Positions 37,891 to 54,066 of a stretch of 64,000 nucleotides of DNA are shown one piece after another. The notes beneath the pieces were generated by a model. That model saw only the letters and a list, made by a program, of their open reading frames with translations. It was not told the DNA's origin and did no database searches. Location: positions 2,016,001 to 2,080,000 of the forward strand of contig CAXXQS010000002.1 of the NCBI GenBank assembly GCA_963674735.2, written 5' to 3'. Every line of letters begins with the position of its first letter. Position 1 is the stretch's first letter. The translations under genes were made by a program, and so were the position numbers. Origin of the DNA: Myxococcota bacterium. Lineage in GTDB: Bacteria; Myxococcota_A; SURF-8.

Positions 37891-40581
37891 ATGAGTCGCG
37901 TTTGGATCTGGTCTAGCCGGAGGGCTGTGCAACAGTGTGGTGAGATGCTTGCAGCCTCCGGTGTGACTTGCGTGCAAGGAATGCCGAAGGGTGGCTACCG
38001 GTTTCCTGACGAGTCGCGGCCGATTGTGGTTCTGGCCGATGCGGAGCAGATTCTTGAAATCAACGACACTCCCGGAGAAAATCCCTGGGGTTGGGTGGTG
38101 TTGCGCGACGACTCCTCCCACTCGGTGTTGGATCTGCCTGATTGGGTCGACTTGGTTCTGCCGGCGTCCATACGGCCGGAGGATCTGACCCGTGCAGTGA
38201 AAAAGCTGCTGCAACGATTGGAGCGGGATTTCGGTTCTTCAGTGGATGTGGCCGAAGGCAAGAATACGGAACAGGAACTGAAGGAAAGCGAAGAGCGCTT
38301 CCGGCTGATATTCCATACCAGTCCCGATTCCATTGTTATTTCGCGTGCTTCGGATGGCTTGATTGTGGATGCCAATGACGCTACCTACAAACTGACCGGT
38401 TATCGCCGTGACGAATTGGTCGGGCAGACCACCCTGGAGAGGAAAATCTGGTTCGACGCAAGGCAGCGCAAGGTGCTGATCGACCAGCTGCGAAAAGATG
38501 GCGAAGTCAGCAATTTTGAAACGACATTTTGCATGAAAGACGGAAGTACCATCATCGGTTTGATTTCGGCTCGTTTGATGGTCTGGAATAGCGATCTGTA
38601 TCTGTTGGCTGTGGTGCGCGACATTACCGAGATGCTGCAAACCCAAAAAGCCATTCAGACCAGTGAGCGGCGCTTGCGATTGGCTATCGAGGCGGCGAAC
38701 GAAGGGTTGTGGGAACGGGATGTCAAATCGGATGAAGTGTTTTTCAGCAAACGTTATTACCGCATGTTGGGTTATGACGCCGATGAGATTCCGGAAGTTT
38801 ATCAAACCTGGATCGATTTTCTGCACCCCGATGATCGGGATGAGGCGTCTGAACGTATGACGCGGTACCTGCGGGGAGAAATTCCAAATTACGAGAATAC
38901 GTTTCGTTTACGTACGAAATCCGGCGACTATCGTTGGATTACGACTCGTGGCGAAGTGGTGGAATGGGACGATGACGGATCTCCGCGCCGCATCGTGGGG
39001 GTTCATCTGGATGTTCACGATCGGATCCTGGCCGAACGGAAACTTCAGGAAAGTGAAGCCAAATATCGGGCCTTGGTGGAAAACTCATACGACATTATCG
39101 CCCGACTCGACCGTGAGGCGCGGCTTCTTTATGTCAATCATGCGGTATGGCGTATTTTCGGGCTGGAAGCGGATGCGGTTTTGGGAAAACGCTTCGAGGA
39201 TCTCGGTTTTTCGGAAGAGTTCTGTCGCTATATCGATGAATCCGTTCGTCATGTGATTGCCGGTGGTAAACCGACCGCCGGGCGGATGGATGTGGATGGG
39301 CCGCAGGGACGCGTGACGCTCAACTGCCATCTTTTTCCCGAGATGCCGGAGGAAGGCGGCGAGCCGACCGTGTTGACATCGATGACGGATGTCACGGAGC
39401 TCAAGCAGGCTCAGGAAGAGCGGCTGTTGCTGCAAAGTCAGCTGATTCAATCGCAAAAGATGGAAGCCATCGGACGTTTGGCCGGTGGAGTGGCGCATGA
39501 TTTCAACAATCTGCTCACCGGAATCACCGGCAATGTTTCGCTGGCGATGGTGGATGCGGAATCGAACGATTCGGTAATGGAATCGCTGGAGCAGATCAAA
39601 GCGGCCGCCGACCGGGCCGCCGACCTCAACCGTCAGCTTCTGACATTTAGTCGCAAACGGCGCGTGCGTCTACAAACGGTGGATCTGAATCGGACGGCAA
39701 CCAATGTTATTCGGATGTTGGACCGTCTGATCGGGGAGGAAATCGTTGTCCGGTCGTATTTGGAGACGGAACTCACGCCGGTTTTAGCCGATCCGGCCAT
39801 GATCGAGCAGGTTCTCATCAATCTGTCGGTCAATGCTCGTGACGCGATGCCGCGGGGGGGCACCCTCAAAATTTCGACGGCCAATGTCGAGTTGGATTCG
39901 GTTTTTTGCCAGCGTTATTCGCTTGTCAAGCCTGGTTTGCATGCTCGGATCAGCGTGCGTGACAGCGGCGTCGGGATGACCGATGAGGTGTTGCAGCATT
40001 TATTCGAACCGTTTTTCACTACCAAGGCCAAGGGCAAAGGAACAGGGCTTGGTTTGGCCATGGTGTACGGGATCGTACAGCAGCATCGGGGAACGATCGT
40101 GGTCGATTCGCGTTTGATGGAAGGAACGCGCTTCGATCTCTATTTTCCTGCGACGGCGCAGGATGCGATCGGCGACGAGGAGAAGCCGTCTGTCAAGCAG
40201 GCGGTTTTACCGCGCGGCGGCGAGCGGCTACTGGTTGTGGAAGACGAAAAAATCGTTCGTGAAATTGCCGTGAAAACCCTGAAACGGCAAGGGTATCACG
40301 TGTTGAGCGCCGATGGCGCTTCGAATGCGATGGTGGTATTCGAAAACAATCCCGATATCGATCTGCTGCTTAGCGATGTGGTGATGCCCGGTTTGAATGG
40401 CCGTGAATTGGCCGAAATTCTGACGGCCGAAAAGCCCGATCTCAAGGTGCTTCTGACTTCCGGTTACTCGGAGGAGATTATTGCTCATCACGGCGTACTG
40501 GATGCCGGGCTGAATTTCTTGCCGAAACCCTACTCGCCCCAGGAACTGGTTCAACGTGTGCGGGCACTGCTGGACAGCTAG
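37891..40581 (+). CDS. Cytoplasmic hybrid sensor histidine kinase (3 PAS-HisKA-HATPase-REC)
   Basis: PAS repeats, GGVAHDFNNLL, NARDAMP, FEPFFTTK..GKGTGLGL, SDVVMPG. Confidence 0.93.
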   Translation: MSRVWIWSSRRAVQQCGEMLAASGVTCVQGMPKGGYRFPDESRPIVVLADAEQILEINDTPGENPWGWVVLRDDSSHSVLDLPDWVDLVLPASIRPEDLTRAVKKLLQRLERDFGSSVDVAEGKNTEQELKESEERFRLIFHTSPDSIVISRASDGLIVDANDATYKLTGYRRDELVGQTTLERKIWFDARQRKVLIDQLRKDGEVSNFETTFCMKDGSTIIGLISARLMVWNSDLYLLAVVRDITEMLQTQKAIQTSERRLRLAIEAANEGLWERDVKSDEVFFSKRYYRMLGYDADEIPEVYQTWIDFLHPDDRDEASERMTRYLRGEIPNYENTFRLRTKSGDYRWITTRGEVVEWDDDGSPRRIVGVHLDVHDRILAERKLQESEAKYRALVENSYDIIARLDREARLLYVNHAVWRIFGLEADAVLGKRFEDLGFSEEFCRYIDESVRHVIAGGKPTAGRMDVDGPQGRVTLNCHLFPEMPEEGGEPTVLTSMTDVTELKQAQEERLLLQSQLIQSQKMEAIGRLAGGVAHDFNNLLTGITGNVSLAMVDAESNDSVMESLEQIKAAADRAADLNRQLLTFSRKRRVRLQTVDLNRTATNVIRMLDRLIGEEIVVRSYLETELTPVLADPAMIEQVLINLSVNARDAMPRGGTLKISTANVELDSVFCQRYSLVKPGLHARISVRDSGVGMTDEVLQHLFEPFFTTKAKGKGTGLGLAMVYGIVQQHRGTIVVDSRLMEGTRFDLYFPATAQDAIGDEEKPSVKQAVLPRGGERLLVVEDEKIVREIAVKTLKRQGYHVLSADGASNAMVVFENNPDIDLLLSDVVMPGLNGRELAEILTAEKPDLKVLLTSGYSEEIIAHHGVLDAGLNFLPKPYSPQELVQRVRALLDS

Positions 40582-40762
40582 GGGCGTTTCACTTCTAAGC
40601 TTTTCACCGGTTTCCATCCACTCTAATTCGATTTACGGGGTGCCATGGGCCAAGCCTTTGGCTTGCCCATGCTGTTTTCACGGGCAAACCTGACGGTTTA
40701 GCCCGTGCCACCCATCATCGATCGAAGATGATTCGAGACTCAATCAGAATTGAAATGCCGTA
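40579..40762 (-). mobile_element. MITE family 2, copy A (inverted relative to B and C)
   Basis: Reverse complement aligns with 41418-41600. Its end overlaps the TAG stop of the kinase. No clear TSD. Confidence 0.85.
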
Positions 40763-40788
40763 GGGGTATCCCCCCATCCACGGATGTG

Positions 40789-41337
40789 TTAATCCGCCAG
40801 GAGATCCTTCAATCGCGGACAGTCGGCGCGTTTGATCGCGAAAAACTGCAGGTCGCATAATTCACCCCGGTTCCACACGGCCTCCGCGAGGGCTCCCTGA
40901 GCCAGGAATCCGCAGGATTCCGCCACGCTGCGCGAGGCTTCGTTGCCTTTGAGCACGGTGAGTTGCAGGCGCGGGATCGTTAGCCATTCAAATAAATAGG
41001 CGCTGAACAGGCGCAGGGCTTCGGTCATGTAACCGTGGTTGCGGTCTTCGGGAGAGAGGATGCGGTAGCCGATTTCAAAGCCTTCCATGTAGGGGATGGA
41101 TTTGAAAAAACCGATATGTCCGACCATGCGTTTGTCTTGACGGTCGGTGATGACCATGTTGCCGCCTTCTTCTCCCCACCAGCCGTTCTTCTCGTATTCT
41201 TGCCGGTACTTTTGTTCGGTGGGCAGGCTGACCGGCCAGAATTCGCCGATATCGCGATAGCGGCTTCCAAGCCGGACCAACTCGTGGACGTCTTCTTCGC
41301 GAAATGTATGCAGGATTACACGCTTGCCTTCGATCAT
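40789..41337 (-). CDS. GNAT family (RimJ/RimL-type) N-acetyltransferase
   Basis: EIGY.I...RNHGYMTEAL, NEASRSVAE.CGF; SD aggag before MIEGK. Confidence 0.9.
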   Translation of the reverse strand: MIEGKRVILHTFREEDVHELVRLGSRYRDIGEFWPVSLPTEQKYRQEYEKNGWWGEEGGNMVITDRQDKRMVGHIGFFKSIPYMEGFEIGYRILSPEDRNHGYMTEALRLFSAYLFEWLTIPRLQLTVLKGNEASRSVAESCGFLAQGALAEAVWNRGELCDLQFFAIKRADCPRLKDLLAD

Positions 41338-41417
41338 CGTTCGTCTCCTTGGCGGTCGTCGGTTTCGACAGGCTACCTCCATTCGGTGAGGTCTGTCAAC
41401 CGGATGTCGGGATACAT

Positions 41418-41600
41418 TAGGGCGTTTCAATTCTGATTGAGTCTCGAATTATCTTCGATTGGTGATGGGTGGCACGGGCTAAACCGTCAGGTTTGCCCGT
41501 GAAAACAGCATGGGCAAGCCAAAGGCTTGGCCCATGGCACCCCCTAAGCCGAATTAGAGTGGGTGGAAAACGGTGAAAAGCTTAGAATTGAAACGCCGTG
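41418..41600 (+). mobile_element. MITE family 2, copy B
   Basis: Ends tagggcgtttcaattct / agaattgaaacgccgtg; perfect 10-bp TSD cgggatacat (41408-41417, 41601-41610). Confidence 0.9.
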
Positions 41601-41619
41601 CGGGATACATTTTCCGTAT

Positions 41620-41799
41620 GGGTGCATCACAAGATGTTGCCATTCCCGAGTACCTTCAAGTCCGCTCCTCCCGAGTGCTGTCCGTCGGGCATTGTATCGA
41701 AGGATCTGTCCTGAGAACCGCGTGGTTCGATACAACTTGCTTCGCATATTACTCACCATGAGCGGTTTTCACGATCAATCGCAATATCTTGATGCACCC
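41620..41799. mobile_element. MITE family 1, copy 2
   Basis: Ends gggtgcatca / tgatgcaccc; degenerate 9-bp TSD tttccgtat / tctccgttt. Confidence 0.82.
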
Positions 41800-41907
41800 T
41801 CTCCGTTTCGATGGTTTCGAAAAACGCTTGCCTTGACGGCGGACGCTTGGCAAACTAGGCGGCAAAGCGGATAAGCTTGAAAAAACGATGCAAAAAGGAG
41901 AAAGGTG

Positions 41908-42303
41908 ATGGGGATTGTCAAACGTTTGCTGGGAATTTGTGAGACGAAGCCGCCGCGCAATAGCGGATCTTGGGATTTCCAAAGCGGCAAACTGACGTTG
42001 GATCTTGCGCGTTTACCGGAACTGCAATCCGCGGGTGCGGCGGTGCGTCTGGAAGGCGCGTCGCTGCCGGAACGCGTGCTGGTGGTGCGGGGCGAGGACG
42101 AGCGCTTGTATGCATTCCGCAATCGTTGCGCCCATGCCGGGCGGCGGCTGGATGCCGTGGGAGGCGACCGCGTGCAGTGTTGCAGCGTGGGGAAATCGCT
42201 GTTCGATCTGCAGGGGGAGCGACATGGCGGTTCGGCCAAAAAGGCGATTCACACCTATGCGGTGGAGCAAGACGGCGAGAAGGCCGTGATTACGCTGGAT
42301 TGA
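41908..42303 (+). CDS. Rieske-type [2Fe-2S] small protein with atypical second motif
   Basis: YAFRNRCAH.G..L, then QCCSVGKSLFD. Confidence 0.75.
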   Translation: MGIVKRLLGICETKPPRNSGSWDFQSGKLTLDLARLPELQSAGAAVRLEGASLPERVLVVRGEDERLYAFRNRCAHAGRRLDAVGGDRVQCCSVGKSLFDLQGERHGGSAKKAIHTYAVEQDGEKAVITLD

Positions 42304-42351
42304 GCGATTCGCCGTTATTAACCCGATCTTTGTATCGTTGTCATTCGATCC

Positions 42352-42421
42352 TGTCATCCCCGCGAAAGCGGGGATCCGGTTGCGGGCGCTTCTTATCGAT
42401 TTTCGCCTGCGTGGGAATGAC
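42352..42421. repeat. REP/REPIN-like doublet of the GTCATTCCCGCG..GCGGGAATC type
   Basis: tgtcatccccgcgaaagcggggatcc ... gattttcgcctgcgtgggaatgac in inverted orientation. Confidence 0.7.
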
Positions 42422-42478
42422 GTAAAGATAATTCGTTCATGATAGTCCGTTCGGGTTGACAAGCAAATGCAGAAAATG

Positions 42479-42506
42479 AAAACCGCCGTCCTGCTGGACG
42501 GCGGTT
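42479..42506 (-). terminator. Rho-independent terminator
   Basis: aaccgccgtcc-tgct-ggacggcggtt; U-tract on the minus strand. Confidence 0.75.
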
Positions 42507-42536
42507 GACGTTTATGGGACTTGTTTCGCCTACAAG

Positions 42537-43418
42537 CTATTGCAGTTGAGCGGTTTCGGCGGTGTAGGTGAAGATGAAGCTGTAGCCCTTGGAGCCATCC
42601 CCGAAGGTGTAGTCGGGCTGGACCGCCAGCCAATAGAAGGCGGTGGCCAGGGTGATGATTTGGGCGCCGTTCTGATAGATGACGAAGGTGTTGGCGTCGG
42701 CTTCACTGATGGCTCCGGCGAGGACACCCGATTCGAGGCCGTCGAAGGTGTCGCTGTAGGTGCCGCGCAGGTCGGCGTCACGCAGGACCAGGATGGTGTC
42801 GGGGGTGTCGCCCAGAGGAATGGTGATTTCCGTACTCTCCGCCGTCTGGAAACGGCGTTCGGTATCGGCTGCTTCCACTTCGAAACTGTAGCTGGCGTCG
42901 TTGCTGAGGGTGAACTCCGCGCCGACGCGTTCGCCCGCTCCCATGAGCATGTCGTAGGGGAAGCTTAAGGGATCGGTGGTCTGGGGCGAGAGGAGCAGGT
43001 TCAAGTTGTAGTTGGCGATCTGGCTGACGATCTGTTCGTTGAGATAGGCGGTGGCGTCGAAGGCCTGCGCGCCGAGTTGCAGCACCATCAACGGTTCGAT
43101 CATGATCAAGGTATTGATACGGAAGGCGAGGTCTTCGACCGGTTCCGGTTCGGGTTCGGCTTCCTCCTCGATCTCGGCTTCCTCTTCCATTTCGGCTTCC
43201 GCTTCGACCTCGTCGTCCTGGTCACCATCGACGATGATATCGAAGTCGCCGGGATTCTGATCGCCGTCCGTCTGGGGCAGATCCTCGTCACCGTTCGCTT
43301 CGTCGCCGTCGTTGTCGTCTTGGGTGGTGGTTTCAGTTCCCGAGCAGGCAGTGACGGTCAGCAGGAGAGAGAGGGCCAACAGGATCACAAGCTTGCCGAG
43401 CAGGGGTGATTTCACCAT
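42537..43418 (-). CDS. Uncharacterised lipoprotein with degenerate DGD/Glu-rich tether
   Basis: SD aggagg, lipobox VTAC, DGD x3 plus EAEMEEEAE..EPEPEP linker. Confidence 0.82.
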   Translation of the reverse strand: MVKSPLLGKLVILLALSLLLTVTACSGTETTTQDDNDGDEANGDEDLPQTDGDQNPGDFDIIVDGDQDDEVEAEAEMEEEAEIEEEAEPEPEPVEDLAFRINTLIMIEPLMVLQLGAQAFDATAYLNEQIVSQIANYNLNLLLSPQTTDPLSFPYDMLMGAGERVGAEFTLSNDASYSFEVEAADTERRFQTAESTEITIPLGDTPDTILVLRDADLRGTYSDTFDGLESGVLAGAISEADANTFVIYQNGAQIITLATAFYWLAVQPDYTFGDGSKGYSFIFTYTAETAQLQ

Positions 43419-43715
43419 GATTATATCCTCCTGGGATCGAATGGGTCGGGTGATTGTGTGTGGGCCGGGACCACCCGTTTTTTACATGCCGGTCATATAC
43501 GTGTTTGTAGCACAGTCCGGGTTTGGGGACAAGCCCTATGCGGGGTGTCGCTTGCGGCAGGGTCTTTTGCAGGCGGCCCGCCGTTTGCAGGCCGTCCCCG
43601 CGCTTGCAGTCCGGATTTTGTCTATGGGGGGTCGGCAAGCGTTGCGCCGGCGCAAACCGCGCGCCTCGGCAAAGACGCCCGCCGCAAGCGGGTTTGAGGA
43701 CGGTTCGCCGGTCGG

Positions 43716-44294
43716 TTATTTTTCGGAGATGCGGGGCGGCTTTTGGGAGCTTCGGAGTTGGTCGAGCAGCCGGTGGCGGGCTTTTTCGAGAAAGCGCAGA
43801 ACGGGGCTTTCGAGGTAGTCGGTGTAGGTCCAGGGCAGGGCTTCGAAGCGACCGTGGCGGTAGATAAGGGTGAGTTCGGCGTAGACGCCGCGGTCCAGGT
43901 AAATGCGTTGCGGGAAGTTTTTGGCGGTGGACAGCACGAATTTTTCGGGCATGAGCAGGCCGGGGTCGATGTTGACCGGCCGTTCGTCGGGCGTTCCGTG
44001 CGACTCGGCCAGTTCGCGTTCGATGCGTTCGGCTTCGTGTTTGACTGCGATCAGGGTATTGCGATCGACCAGGGAGGCGAAGCTGGCCATGCTTTTCATG
44101 AGAGAGCCGCCCATTTCCTGTTCGTAGTAGGTGGTGTGTTGAAAGGGGATCGGTTCGAGGCGTGCTTCGATATGGCCATGGGCGAGGGTGAGACGCGAGA
44201 GCGCCTCTTTCAGGAAGTCGTATTCCCGGTAGAAGAAGTTGTAGATCAGTTTGACCTTGTCCGGGTTTTCATTGATCAGGCTCATCCTTCCCAC
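43716..44294 (-). CDS. DUF4416 family protein
   Basis: T.YYEQEMG, RPVNIDPG, LSTAKNF..RIYL..GVYAELTL, PWTY.DY. Confidence 0.88.
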   Translation of the reverse strand: MGRMSLINENPDKVKLIYNFFYREYDFLKEALSRLTLAHGHIEARLEPIPFQHTTYYEQEMGGSLMKSMASFASLVDRNTLIAVKHEAERIERELAESHGTPDERPVNIDPGLLMPEKFVLSTAKNFPQRIYLDRGVYAELTLIYRHGRFEALPWTYTDYLESPVLRFLEKARHRLLDQLRSSQKPPRISEK

Positions 44295-44353
44295 CCACCG
44301 AAAAAGGGCAGCCCGTTCCTGAATGACGAGGGGTTCGGGAACGGGTTGCGGTT

Positions 44354-46786
<2,433 letters not shown>

Positions 46787-46848
46787 TTAATCCTCACAGG
46801 AAAATTGAATGATATCGGTGGGTTGCGTATTACGAATCCACTTACTGG

Positions 46849-46877
46849 AATTTACCACATCCGCCCTATTTTGTAAA
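46849..46877 (-). promoter_or_regulatory. gyrB promoter (extended -10)
   Basis: Minus strand TTTACA-17bp(ending TGTGG)-TAAATT. Confidence 0.55.
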
Positions 46878-46981
46878 GGAAAAAGCGCGCGTGGAACTCT
46901 TTGTAACCTGTTGAATTTATTGGCAAATTACTTTGACTGGGGCCGAGTGGGGCTTGTGTTGGCGATGCGGATTTGAAAACG

Positions 46982-47008
46982 AAAAAAGCCGGGGAATATC
47001 CCCGGCTT
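46982..47008 (-). terminator. Rho-independent terminator after eno
   Basis: Minus strand aagccgggg-atatt-ccccggctttttt. Confidence 0.8.
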
Positions 47009-47031
47009 GGATGAGTCGTGCCTGGTTTGCG

Positions 47032-48563
<1,532 letters not shown>

Positions 48564-48794
48564 GAGTACTCGTCCCTTCTTCAATCACCCCCGGGGTGAT
48601 AATGTCGTGCCCATACAATGGTTGAGATTCCAATCCTGGGGCAGATGTCAGTTTAGGGATCGGAACGAAAAAAGCAAGTGAAAATCGACTTTCCCTGCAC
48701 GAATATTGGAGGGGCAAACACCTTGACGACGGGACGCCTTGAGGACGTCCCGTCTCGGGTCTCGGTGTGTTGCGCCAAGGCTGAAAACAGGTGT

Positions 48795-51515
<2,721 letters not shown>

Positions 51516-51554
51516 ACCGATCCCCTTTCGTGCACGTGAAATGAAAAACGATCG

Positions 51555-52898
51555 TTACATCCGTTCCTTGACCGGCTTGAACGGATTGTCCTTCGTCAAC
51601 GATTTATAGGCCGGGCGCATGATTTTGCCGGGGTTGCTCATCAGTTCGACCCGGTGCGCCGCCCAGCCGGCCACGCGCGCCATGGCGAACATGGCGGTGT
51701 ACACCTCGCGCGGGATGCCCAGGCAGTCGTATACGAAGCCCGAGTAGAAATCGACGTTGGAACTGATGTGCATGTCGGGAGTGTTCTTGTGCTCGCGCAC
51801 CACGTCCGGTCCCAGCATTTCCACCCGGCGATACAGCTCGAATTCCTCTTCGCGGCCTTTTTCCTTCGCCAGCTTTTCCGCATAGCCGCGCAGGATTTCG
51901 GCGCGCGGATCGGAGAGGGTGTAGACGGCATGGCCGACACCGTAAATTTTGCCCGCGCGGTCGAAGGCCTCGCCCTGCATGAGTTTGAACAGGTAGGCGC
52001 GTACTTCGTCATCGCTGGCGGTGTTTTTAACCTTGCTTTTCAGATCGTCCATCATCTCGGCCACGCGGATATTCGCGCCGCCGTGCAGCGGACCGCGTAA
52101 AGAACCCAGCGAGGCGGCGATGGCCGAGTAAAAGTCGGTGTTGGTGGAGGAAACGACACGGGTGGTGAAGGTGCTGTTGTTACCACCACCGTGGTCGGTG
52201 TGCAAAACCAACGCGATGTCGAGGGTTTTGGCCTCCAGGTCGGTGTACTCGCTGGTCGGACGCAACAGATGCAGGAAGTTCTGGGCGGCCGAGAGCGAGG
52301 TGTCGGGCGTATGAATGATCAGGCTTTTGTTGAAAAAGCCGTGCTGAATCGAGTAGTAGGCGTAGGGCACCAGGGTGTTGATTTTGGCGATCAGGTCCAT
52401 GGCCTGGCGGATCTGCGTGGGGACATCCAGGTTGTCGGGATCTTCGTCGGCGCCGTACAGCGTCAGTACCGAGCGCGACAGGGCGTTCATGATGTCCGGG
52501 GTGCGGAAGGTCTGCAGCACGTCGCGGGCGAAGTTTTTGCGGACATGGCGCAGTTCGCCCAGTTTGGCATGAAACTCTTCCAGCAGGGATTGAGTCGGCA
52601 GTTGACCGAATAGAAGCAGGAAGACGGTCTCCTCGAAGCCGAAGCGTTGCTCCCTCTCGAAACCCTGCACCAGGTCGGCGATATCGATGCCGCGATAGTA
52701 CAAATGACCGGGCATCGGGACGAGTTCCTCATCCACCTTCTGGTAACCGATGACACTCGACACGGTTGTCAGACCGACCAGGACACCGGAGCCGTCGGCA
52801 TTACGCAGACCGCGTTTAACCTTGTATAGATGGTAGTTGCGGTTGTCGATACGATTGTTCGTTTTGGTCAGTTCGCCCATTTGTTCGTAGTAATTCAT
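51555..52898 (-). CDS. gltA: Citrate synthase
   Basis: LYYRG, DHGGGNNST, GPLHGGAN, GVGHAVY..SDPR, NVDFYSG. Confidence 0.93.
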   Translation of the reverse strand: MNYYEQMGELTKTNNRIDNRNYHLYKVKRGLRNADGSGVLVGLTTVSSVIGYQKVDEELVPMPGHLYYRGIDIADLVQGFEREQRFGFEETVFLLLFGQLPTQSLLEEFHAKLGELRHVRKNFARDVLQTFRTPDIMNALSRSVLTLYGADEDPDNLDVPTQIRQAMDLIAKINTLVPYAYYSIQHGFFNKSLIIHTPDTSLSAAQNFLHLLRPTSEYTDLEAKTLDIALVLHTDHGGGNNSTFTTRVVSSTNTDFYSAIAASLGSLRGPLHGGANIRVAEMMDDLKSKVKNTASDDEVRAYLFKLMQGEAFDRAGKIYGVGHAVYTLSDPRAEILRGYAEKLAKEKGREEEFELYRRVEMLGPDVVREHKNTPDMHISSNVDFYSGFVYDCLGIPREVYTAMFAMARVAGWAAHRVELMSNPGKIMRPAYKSLTKDNPFKPVKERM

Positions 52899-53058
52899 GT
52901 TTTTATCCCTGTATTTAGATCGCATTTTACGTTCATCAGATCGGCAAGAGCGTCCCTTTTATTTCGGATTTTCCACGCGAATGCGCAGCGGCAGCCGCAT
53001 GGCCGTCAATCCCAGTGTCCCGGATGCATCCCCCCGCAGTGCTCACCTAAGAGCCTGC

Positions 53059-53087
53059 ACTTTAGCAGATCGCGAGGCGCTCGGCAA
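53059..53087 (-). promoter_or_regulatory. Promoter of citrate synthase-acnA, ~155-nt leader
   Basis: Minus strand TTGCCG-17bp(TGc)-TAAAGT. Confidence 0.5.
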
Positions 53088-53208
53088 GCGGTCGATCTCC
53101 TGGGCCGGGAAACGGCTTATCTTACTACCTTCATGAGATATGATTGGTGCCGGTTTCCTTCCCAACTGGAATGGAAAATGTTAACATGGCGATTGAATGG
53201 AGAGAGAA

Positions 53209-53931
53209 ATGGCCAAAAAACGCAAAGCGTCCCGCAACGCCAAGGGGGGCGCATCTAAAGCTAATTCACCTGAATCATTCAAGAATAGTCCCTTCAAGGG
53301 CTTGGGTGTTGTGGCCGTCGAGCCTCCGCCCGCCAAGCCGTCCCAACCCCAGGCTTCGCCCCCGCCGGTGGAGCCCGAGGCGGTCTTGAGCGATGAGGAG
53401 TTGTTTGCGCGCGCCATGGACGGCACCGCGAAAATTCCCGACCGCAGTCGTCCGCCGGTGAAAAAGCCGCCCGAAATCTTCAGCGAAGACGAGGAGGCGC
53501 AAGCGGAATTGGAGTTCGTGCGCTTTGCCAAGGGGGAAGTGCCCTTCGACATCTCCGATACCGATGAATATCTGGAAGGGCGGGTGCGCGGTCTGCCGCC
53601 GCAGGTGCTCAAGCGGCTCAAGCGCGGCGAGTATGCCATTCAGGGACAGCTCGATCTACATGGGCTGACCCGCGAAGAGGCGCGCGATGACATCGATCGT
53701 TTTCTCACGAACAGCCGCGCGGTCGGATTGCGCTGCGTGCTGATCATCCACGGACGCGGGCTGCACTCGAAGGATCAGATTCCGGTGTTGAAGGAAAGCC
53801 TGCGCAGCTGGTTCGAGCGTGGCCGCGGCCGCATCGGGCGTAACGTCTTGGCCTTCACCTCCGCCCGCCCGGTCGACGGCGGCCTGGGGGCGATGTATGT
53901 GCTGCTCAGGCGGCGCGTGTCGCCGGGGTGA
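53209..53931 (+). CDS. Smr/MutS2 C-terminal domain protein
   Basis: LDLHG, IIHGRGLHS, DGGLGAMYVLL. Confidence 0.9.
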   Translation: MAKKRKASRNAKGGASKANSPESFKNSPFKGLGVVAVEPPPAKPSQPQASPPPVEPEAVLSDEELFARAMDGTAKIPDRSRPPVKKPPEIFSEDEEAQAELEFVRFAKGEVPFDISDTDEYLEGRVRGLPPQVLKRLKRGEYAIQGQLDLHGLTREEARDDIDRFLTNSRAVGLRCVLIIHGRGLHSKDQIPVLKESLRSWFERGRGRIGRNVLAFTSARPVDGGLGAMYVLLRRRVSPG

Positions 53932-54066
53932 ACGGCGCGCCGCGCGTCCTCGGTGGACTCCCATGCGAAAAACCTTACCTATCCGCTTTCACGGACCTTC
54001 TCCCACAGGTTGTCCAATTAGTCGCTTCATCCTGTTGGAGCGCGTCTCCGACGGGCTCCCCGCTGT

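Noticed and set aside
43420-43715. GC-rich intergenic stretch with short hairpins as possible ncRNA
   Set aside because: No recognisable RNA family motif, no second copy and no clear boundaries.
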